Source: a virus
UHGV virus genome: UHGV-0087418
Length of the DNA: 64,000 bases
Reading direction: 5' to 3' (one strand)
Every line of letters starts with the position of its first letter. Position 1 is the stretch's first letter. The notes beneath the pieces are model-generated. The model was not told where the DNA came from and ran no database searches. It saw only the letters and a program-made list of their open reading frames with translations. This document shows positions 58,595-64,000 of the stretch, in pieces. Position numbers and translations under genes: made by a program.

Positions 58595-59176
58595 CTAACC
58601 GAGCTTTTTAGTTAATTCATTCCAATGTTTTCTACACAAAGAAACATAAATTTCATCACCAATACAGATTTGATTACCTTCTTTAACTGGTGTTCCATCT
58701 TCCATTAATCGAGCTGTCATAATAGCCTTTTTACCACAATGACAAACTGCCTTTAGTTCAATAAGTTTATCTGCAATCGCCAAAAGTTCTTTAGAACCTT
58801 CAAATAATTTTCCAGCGAAATCAGTCCTTAGCCCATAAGCCATAACAGGAACATTATATGTATCAACAATTCGGCTTAATTGATGCACCTGTTCAGTTTT
58901 TAAAAACTGGGCTTCATCTACAAATACACAATGAATATCTTTTTGTGCTTCAGCCCATTTATAGAACTCAAAAATATCCATATCATCCGTAATAATATTC
59001 GCTTCCTGCTTAATTCCAATGCGAGAAACGACTTCACAGACAGAATCACGAGTATCAATAGCAGGCTTAAGAACTAATACACCCATTCCGCGTTCTTTAT
59101 AATTATGCGCAGCAGTTAAAAGAGAAGCAGATTTTCCAGCATTCATTGCTGCGTAAGTAAAAATTAAACTCGCCAT
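58595..59176 (-). CDS. tk: thymidine kinase
   Basis: 193 aa; P-loop AMNAGKS; C-terminal Zn-ribbon CHCG...C. Confidence 0.85.
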   Translation of the reverse strand: MASLIFTYAAMNAGKSASLLTAAHNYKERGMGVLVLKPAIDTRDSVCEVVSRIGIKQEANIITDDMDIFEFYKWAEAQKDIHCVFVDEAQFLKTEQVHQLSRIVDTYNVPVMAYGLRTDFAGKLFEGSKELLAIADKLIELKAVCHCGKKAIMTARLMEDGTPVKEGNQICIGDEIYVSLCRKHWNELTKKLG

Positions 59177-59185
59177 ATCACCTTC

Positions 59186-59371
59186 TTAAAGCGTATTCAC
59201 ATAAGCTATTAATTCGTTTTCTTTCTTATCAAACCGATCAGCAAATTCTTCTTGCTGATCGGGAGATAGCGGGCCGTATTCATCATAAAAGGTGTTTGCT
59301 TCTGTATGCTCATCTAGAAGTTCATGGATAAGCTCAAACAATTTATCTTTTTGTTCTTTACTCAGACTCAT
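59186..59371 (-). CDS. hypothetical protein
   Basis: 61-aa acidic ORF. Confidence 0.35.
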   Translation of the reverse strand: MSLSKEQKDKLFELIHELLDEHTEANTFYDEYGPLSPDQQEEFADRFDKKENELIAYVNTL

Positions 59372-59537
59372 ATATTAATTTCCAGGAGTTTTAAAATAAT
59401 TCGCTTTTGCTTAAATATTTCCATAGTTAAATGACCAGTATCTTTTTGACCGATTCCAATGGCAAAACCTTTATTGACAGCGAGTTCAATTAAATTATCA
59501 AGCTCACGTAACACTTCATATTGTAACTCAAAACTAT

Positions 59538-59765
59538 TCATTTCGGTTTACCTTCTTTAACGAAATCGGGATAAGGATAAAATCCTGAATAAAATCCTTC
59601 ACCTTTATGATTGATGCATCCTTTATTAGAACAATAGCACCAATAATCGAAATCACAAGTCATTTCATCATTACATAAAGCAAAAACAACTGGCCATTCA
59701 CACTTTTCGCAGTGGGCATTTTTAAGAATACTTGTTTGGCTCATAACCATGTAACCTTTAAACAA
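59538..59765 (-). CDS. hypothetical Cys-rich protein
   Basis: 75 aa; multiple Cys/His residues. Confidence 0.35.
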   Translation of the reverse strand: MFKGYMVMSQTSILKNAHCEKCEWPVVFALCNDEMTCDFDYWCYCSNKGCINHKGEGFYSGFYPYPDFVKEGKPK

Positions 59766-59953
59766 TATTCTTCTACGTGTTGTTTACGACCTTTCTTATC
59801 AATAAAGGTATATTCAACGAATGTTCCAATATAGTCTTTATCTACACCATGTGGACTATTAATTGGGCATTTAGTACGGCAAATGCGTTCCCATTGACGA
59901 ATAATTTCCACTTTGTTTTTAGGATCAAACGGATGCGGGTAATGTACTTTCAT
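59741..59953 (-). CDS. hypothetical protein
   Basis: 70-aa ORF. Confidence 0.35.
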   Translation of the reverse strand: MKVHYPHPFDPKNKVEIIRQWERICRTKCPINSPHGVDKDYIGTFVEYTFIDKKGRKQHVEEYCLKVTWL

Positions 59954-60404
59954 AATCCACCACTATTAAATCAATATCAGGAGTAAACATGTCGATTAAT
60001 TTAGAAACCTTATCCCAATCGCCGCCAGCAATACCGCAACCTATACGTGGAATGTAAATTACTGGTTTAAACAAAAGGGTTTCTGCCTGTAGATTTAATT
60101 CTATCATGCAGTTTACTAAAGCACCATAATCAAGATTAGGACCCGGTTCGTATTGTGTATACAGGTTATAGCATATACCAAATCCCGTAGGGCTATGTTT
60201 AAAAACAATAGACATATCGCCTAATTTATCACGAGAACCGTACTCGGTAGTGGTTTTATCTATTTCTAAAATTTTGGGATAGGCTCTTGCTAATTGACCC
60301 GCTACGCCAGAGCCCATTGTGTGGAAGCAATTGCACCCGTGCGCAATAATATTACCTTGAAGAAATAGGGCGACAATATCGCCCTTGATATATTTTACAA
60401 TCAT
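59925..60404 (-). CDS. macro-domain protein (ADP-ribose binding/processing)
   Basis: 159 aa; KGDI...NIIAHGCNCFHTMGSGVAGQ and IPRIGCGIAGGDW match macro-domain signature regions. Confidence 0.6.
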   Translation of the reverse strand: MIVKYIKGDIVALFLQGNIIAHGCNCFHTMGSGVAGQLARAYPKILEIDKTTTEYGSRDKLGDMSIVFKHSPTGFGICYNLYTQYEPGPNLDYGALVNCMIELNLQAETLLFKPVIYIPRIGCGIAGGDWDKVSKLIDMFTPDIDLIVVDYESTLPASV

Positions 60405-60748
60405 CTAGTACTCAATCCTCGATTATAAGAATCTACTAAACGGTCAACCATTGAATGACAAGCGGCTTTATCTTTCTCCTCCGCAACTGAACATTCTAAA
60501 GTATTCCACTTTTTAGCATATCGTTTTAACAATGTATCATTTTTGTATCTGCTTGATTTATCTCTTTCTCCGTCTTTATATGCATATATTAATTTCTGCG
60601 CAAATTCAGCTTGGCATGCTTTATTTTTCCCACAATAATCCGCGGCAGTACGGTTTACATACTCTCTAATTTCAGTATATGATGTATCTGCTAACGCAGA
60701 AGCAGAAAATGAAATTAATCCTATACATAAAACCAAAATTTTAGTCAT
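60401..60748 (-). CDS. secreted/periplasmic hypothetical protein
   Basis: 115 aa; signal peptide MTKILVLCIGLISFSASALA; four Cys in the mature part. Confidence 0.45.
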   Translation of the reverse strand: MTKILVLCIGLISFSASALADTSYTEIREYVNRTAADYCGKNKACQAEFAQKLIYAYKDGERDKSSRYKNDTLLKRYAKKWNTLECSVAEEKDKAACHSMVDRLVDSYNRGLSTR

Positions 60749-61286
60749 TTACTATTTCCAAAAGTTTATTATTTTTAAGGTAATTAGCCTTTTCTAGGAC
60801 TTCAGAAGCATATTTAGAACCTGCTTTAACATTCCATCCCGAATTATAAGAGGATATCGCCTTTCTTATATCGCCCTTATGTATATTTAACCAATAAGAA
60901 AGTTCAATGTACGCCCAGGAAGCTGAATTGGACCGTTTATTCAACATTCTTTTTATTTCAGCATCGGTCATATTATAACCAAGTTCCTTAACTCTTGCTC
61001 GCATAGTAGGCAAATAATTTTGGAACATTCCATAGGCATGATGCTTTGGTTTAGATTTTAAATTAACTCCGGCAGAGCTTTCTTGCCATAAAATAGCAGC
61101 CATTATATGACCTAATCCGCTCTTGTGGATATTTTTGTGTGTTTTATATTTTCCATCCTTAGAAAATTGTTCCCCGAATTGATACGCGTAACGCATGTTA
61201 TCGAGTTGGACATTACTGAAAGTATGCTCGGAGCTATGCGCCATCATTGAAATGGCCAATAGACCAGCGAGTAGTGCTTTTCTCAT
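60741..61286 (-). CDS. periplasmic lytic transglycosylase-like protein (SLT domain)
   Basis: 181 aa; signal peptide; SLT motifs WQESS, GMFQ, SYNSGW. Confidence 0.55.
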   Translation of the reverse strand: MRKALLAGLLAISMMAHSSEHTFSNVQLDNMRYAYQFGEQFSKDGKYKTHKNIHKSGLGHIMAAILWQESSAGVNLKSKPKHHAYGMFQNYLPTMRARVKELGYNMTDAEIKRMLNKRSNSASWAYIELSYWLNIHKGDIRKAISSYNSGWNVKAGSKYASEVLEKANYLKNNKLLEIVND

Positions 61287-61293
61287 GCTTACC

Positions 61294-61755
61294 TCATTGA
61301 GTTTTAATTACTGCTTTAGAAGCCTTTCCTGGTAAACGACGACTGTTGATAATTGCCATCCTGCATTGAAGCGACGGGTCTTTGAACTTCGCATTAGGTT
61401 TACAAACTGTAAATCCAAGCCAAAGATTTCCATCTGTGATTTCTAAACGTCCAGGACGGTATTCAACCCCATCAATAAAATCCTCATCAATGTCAGGACG
61501 CGGAGGCATACTCAGGAATTCATTAACTTCTAAAACATGGTCTTTTATTTTGTGGAATAATTCAAAAACATATGTCTCATCAATCTCCCGTTGAATTGCA
61601 CGATCAAGAAGATGCTGAGAATATTTTAGATGAAACGATGAGACCCCTGCTGCTTTTGATGCCTCACGAATCTCATTGTTAATTTGACGAAACTCCGACT
61701 CAAAGTGACGACGAAGCTTATTTCGACGGATAAAAACTTCTGTGTTGATAGTCAT
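61294..61755 (-). CDS. regB: RegB endoribonuclease
   Basis: 153 aa; size and position after tk and the vs-region genes match T4 RegB. Confidence 0.6.
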   Translation of the reverse strand: MTINTEVFIRRNKLRRHFESEFRQINNEIREASKAAGVSSFHLKYSQHLLDRAIQREIDETYVFELFHKIKDHVLEVNEFLSMPPRPDIDEDFIDGVEYRPGRLEITDGNLWLGFTVCKPNAKFKDPSLQCRMAIINSRRLPGKASKAVIKTQ

Positions 61756-61814
61756 GTTATTCTCCTCTTAACTGATAGAAAAATTATACCACAGTCAAGA
61801 GGAAAAGTAAACAG

Positions 61815-62135
61815 TTATTCTTTAAATCTAATCAATTTATTCATAGACTTTGAAACTTCTGCACGGACCTCATGTAGGTTTTTAAGCTGTTCAAGACGTT
61901 GCTCATAGTAAGCAATTTCATCTTCTTCGAGGCAGTCCTGTGAATCTTCTTTAAGATAACGCGCATAGTCCTGGAAAGCGTTACGAATTACTTCCTGGAA
62001 ATCATCAAGACTTTGAATTTTCTTAGGAGCAACAGATACACGACGAGGGGCAGTATAATACTCATAACCAAACCCTGCGCTTAATTGAGCCATTAATATT
62101 TTTCCTCTGGTTGGAATACCGCGCGACAAGCCCAC
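61815..62135 (-). CDS. hypothetical protein
   Basis: 106-aa ORF. Confidence 0.4.
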   Translation of the reverse strand: MGLSRGIPTRGKILMAQLSAGFGYEYYTAPRRVSVAPKKIQSLDDFQEVIRNAFQDYARYLKEDSQDCLEEDEIAYYEQRLEQLKNLHEVRAEVSKSMNKLIRFKE

Positions 62136-62395
62136 ATACTAGCTTCTTTGAGTTTCGTTTTAGCAATAGTTAGCTGATCAAGGCTTTCAGCATAATTCTT
62201 TGCGAATTCGTAGTCTTCGCAATTATCTAGTGCTTCCCAGAATTCATCGTATAAAGCGTCAAAGATAAGTCCTAAACGAACTTCAGCGTCTTTAATAGCA
62301 TTCACTTTATCGATTTTCTCTTCAGTGTGCGGCTTATAACCTTTAATATCTTCAATCATATTTGACTTCCTCACCCGTTCCCAAATCATATTCAA
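62093..62395 (-). CDS. hypothetical protein
   Basis: 100-aa ORF; start may be internal. Confidence 0.4.
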   Translation of the reverse strand: MNMIWERVRKSNMIEDIKGYKPHTEEKIDKVNAIKDAEVRLGLIFDALYDEFWEALDNCEDYEFAKNYAESLDQLTIAKTKLKEASMWACRAVFQPEEKY

Positions 62396-62573
62396 CTAAA
62401 CGAATAGGTTCATGAATGCCATATCCTTGAACAGAAATTTCTGTCGTAGGATAAATTCCATTAATATCACCCATGTTCCACGCTTCATTAAATTGCTGTT
62501 CGCCTGAATTACTAAACCATTCTGCAAAAGCATTTAACACATCTTCAGAACCTTCAATAATTATCTTTGCCAT
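62352..62573 (-). CDS. hypothetical protein (last phage-type gene before the junction)
   Basis: 73 aa; AT-rich phage codon usage; its ATG (62571-62573) overlaps the grcA stop codon in a TAATG arrangement. Confidence 0.45.
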   Translation of the reverse strand: MAKIIIEGSEDVLNAFAEWFSNSGEQQFNEAWNMGDINGIYPTTEISVQGYGIHEPIRLVEYDLGTGEEVKYD

Positions 62574-62956
62574 TACAAGCTCTCAGTAAAGGTACGAGCG
62601 ATAACGTCGCGCTGCTGTTCCGGAGTCAGAGAGTTAAAGCGAACTGCATAACCGGATACACGGATGGTCAGCTGCGGATATTTTTCCGGATGCTTAACTG
62701 CATCTTCCAGAGTTTCACGACGCAGAACGTTAACGTTCAGGTGCTGACCACCTTCAACGCGAACTTCTGGTTTCACTTCTACTGGAACTTCACGGTACTC
62801 AATGTCACCCAGTTTGCTTACTGCAACCACTTCGTCTTCTGCATAACCTGCTTTTGCAACGATGCAACGTGCTTCGCCTTTTTCGCTGTCCAGCAGCCAG
62901 AAAGAGTTCAGCAGATCGTCGTTAGCGGCTTTAGTAATCTGGATACCTGTAATCAT
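62573..62956 (-). CDS. grcA: autonomous glycyl radical cofactor GrcA (YfiD), host-type
   Basis: 127 aa from [16 protein letters not shown]... to ...[29 protein letters not shown] (glycyl-radical motif RVSGY); GC-rich E. coli codon usage unlike the flanking phage DNA; the ORF-track N-terminal extension MPGRHH is discarded. Confidence 0.9.
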
Positions 62957-63063
62957 GTGATGCCTCCCCGGCAAAATTATTTGATTTGTTCAGCCTGTCG
63001 CGGCCAATTGGTAAAACCATTGTTGCTTGAGTGTATATATACTCCTCAAACACCCTTGAATCT

Positions 63064-63077
63064 TTGATTTAAATCAA
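63064..63077 (-). promoter_or_regulatory. FNR-type binding site (TTGAT-N4-ATCAA) in the grcA promoter region
   Basis: Perfect palindrome ttgatttaaatcaa at 63064-63077 upstream of grcA; grcA is known to be FNR-activated. Confidence 0.55.
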
Positions 63078-63260
63078 TAAAAACCACACATCAAGTGTGG
63101 TCGCAAATGGATTTTATTGTTTTACATCAACTTATGCGGGTGTGAAATTTTACCAATTTACATTTTTTTGCACTCGTTTAAGTCTAAAAAATGAGCATGA
63201 TTTTGTTCTGTAGAAAGAAGCAGTTAAGCTAGGCGGATTGAAGATTCGCAGGAGAGCGAG

Positions 63261-63950
63261 ATGGCTAACGAATTAACCTGGCATGACGTGCTGGCTGAAG
63301 AGAAGCAACAACCTTATTTTCTTAATACCCTTCAGACCGTCGCCAGCGAGCGGCAGTCCGGCGTCACTATCTATCCACCACAAAAAGATGTCTTTAACGC
63401 GTTCCGCTTTACCGAGTTGGGTGACGTTAAAGTGGTGATTCTCGGCCAGGATCCTTATCACGGACCGGGACAGGCGCATGGTCTGGCATTTTCCGTTCGT
63501 CCCGGCATTGCCATTCCTCCGTCATTATTGAATATGTATAAAGAGCTGGAAAATACTATTCCGGGCTTCACCCGCCCTAATCATGGTTATCTTGAAAGCT
63601 GGGCGCGTCAGGGCGTTCTGCTACTCAATACTGTGTTGACGGTACGCGCAGGTCAGGCGCATTCCCACGCCAGCCTCGGCTGGGAAACCTTCACCGATAA
63701 AGTGATCAGCCTGATTAACCAGCATCGCGAAGGCGTGGTGTTTTTGTTGTGGGGATCGCATGCGCAAAAGAAAGGGGCGATTATAGATAAGCAACGCCAT
63801 CATGTACTGAAAGCACCGCATCCGTCGCCGCTTTCGGCTCATCGTGGATTCTTTGGCTGCAACCATTTTGTGCTGGCAAATCAGTGGCTGGAACAACATG
63901 GCGAGACGCCGATTGACTGGATGCCAGTATTACCGGCAGAGAGTGAGTAA
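63261..63950 (+). CDS. ung: uracil-DNA glycosylase
   Basis: 229 aa, [25 protein letters not shown]... with the UDG active-site motif [14 protein letters not shown]; E. coli-type sequence and composition; divergent from grcA as in E. coli K-12. Confidence 0.95.
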   Translation: MANELTWHDVLAEEKQQPYFLNTLQTVASERQSGVTIYPPQKDVFNAFRFTELGDVKVVILGQDPYHGPGQAHGLAFSVRPGIAIPPSLLNMYKELENTIPGFTRPNHGYLESWARQGVLLLNTVLTVRAGQAHSHASLGWETFTDKVISLINQHREGVVFLLWGSHAQKKGAIIDKQRHHVLKAPHPSPLSAHRGFFGCNHFVLANQWLEQHGETPIDWMPVLPAESE

Positions 63951-64000
63951 ATTTGCGGGAAAATGCCGGATGGCAGAGTTGCCACCCGGCTGATTTATCA

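Noticed and set aside
62093-62395. Calling ORF 62093-62395 the anti-CBASS protein Acb2 (vs.4)
   Set aside because: The position in the vs region is suggestive, but I cannot recall the Acb2 sequence well enough to support the name; left as hypothetical.
1-62573. Integrated prophage with integrase and att sites
   Set aside because: No integrase, excisionase, repressor or att-like direct repeats; gene content is that of a virulent T-even phage, so the host junction is not a classical lysogenic integration.
1-64000. CRISPR arrays, tRNA or rRNA genes
   Set aside because: No regularly spaced direct repeats with unique spacers and no cloverleaf-compatible or rRNA-like segments noticed; the T-even tRNA cluster would lie beyond this window. 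Short repeated hairpins are terminators, not CRISPR repeats.

Overview
About 62.6 kb of this window is a T-even (T4-like) phage genome, running from inside rIIB to the vs region, and at position 62573 it switches abruptly to E. coli chromosomal DNA (grcA, its FNR-type promoter, and ung). Nearly all phage genes are on the minus strand, tightly packed and often overlapping by ATGA/TAATG. Recognisable genes include rIIB, rIIA, a fused 606-aa topoisomerase (39+60 type), dexA, dda, modA/modB, soc, 56, 61, sp, dmd, 41, uvsX, 42, imm, 43, regA, 62/44/45, rpbA, 46/47, alpha-gt, 55, nrdG, an intron-less nrdD, 49, nrdC, rI, tk and regB. The phage is not T4 itself: the topoisomerase is fused, nrdD lacks the intron, and the accessory content differs. 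Three free-standing homing-endonuclease genes are present (two GIY-YIG-like, one HNH on the plus strand behind a late promoter). The nrdC-to-rI interval is a large uncharacterised block: four tandem paralogues with coiled-coil tails, a P-loop ATPase, and an operon ending in a minimal nucleotidyltransferase. The phage/host junction sits exactly at the grcA stop codon, where T4 is known to carry its own grcA homologue; it may be a real recombinant or an assembly chimera. All calls rest on reading the sequence and recalled family features; no searches were run, and many ORF-track starts are over-extended because alternative start codons were allowed.
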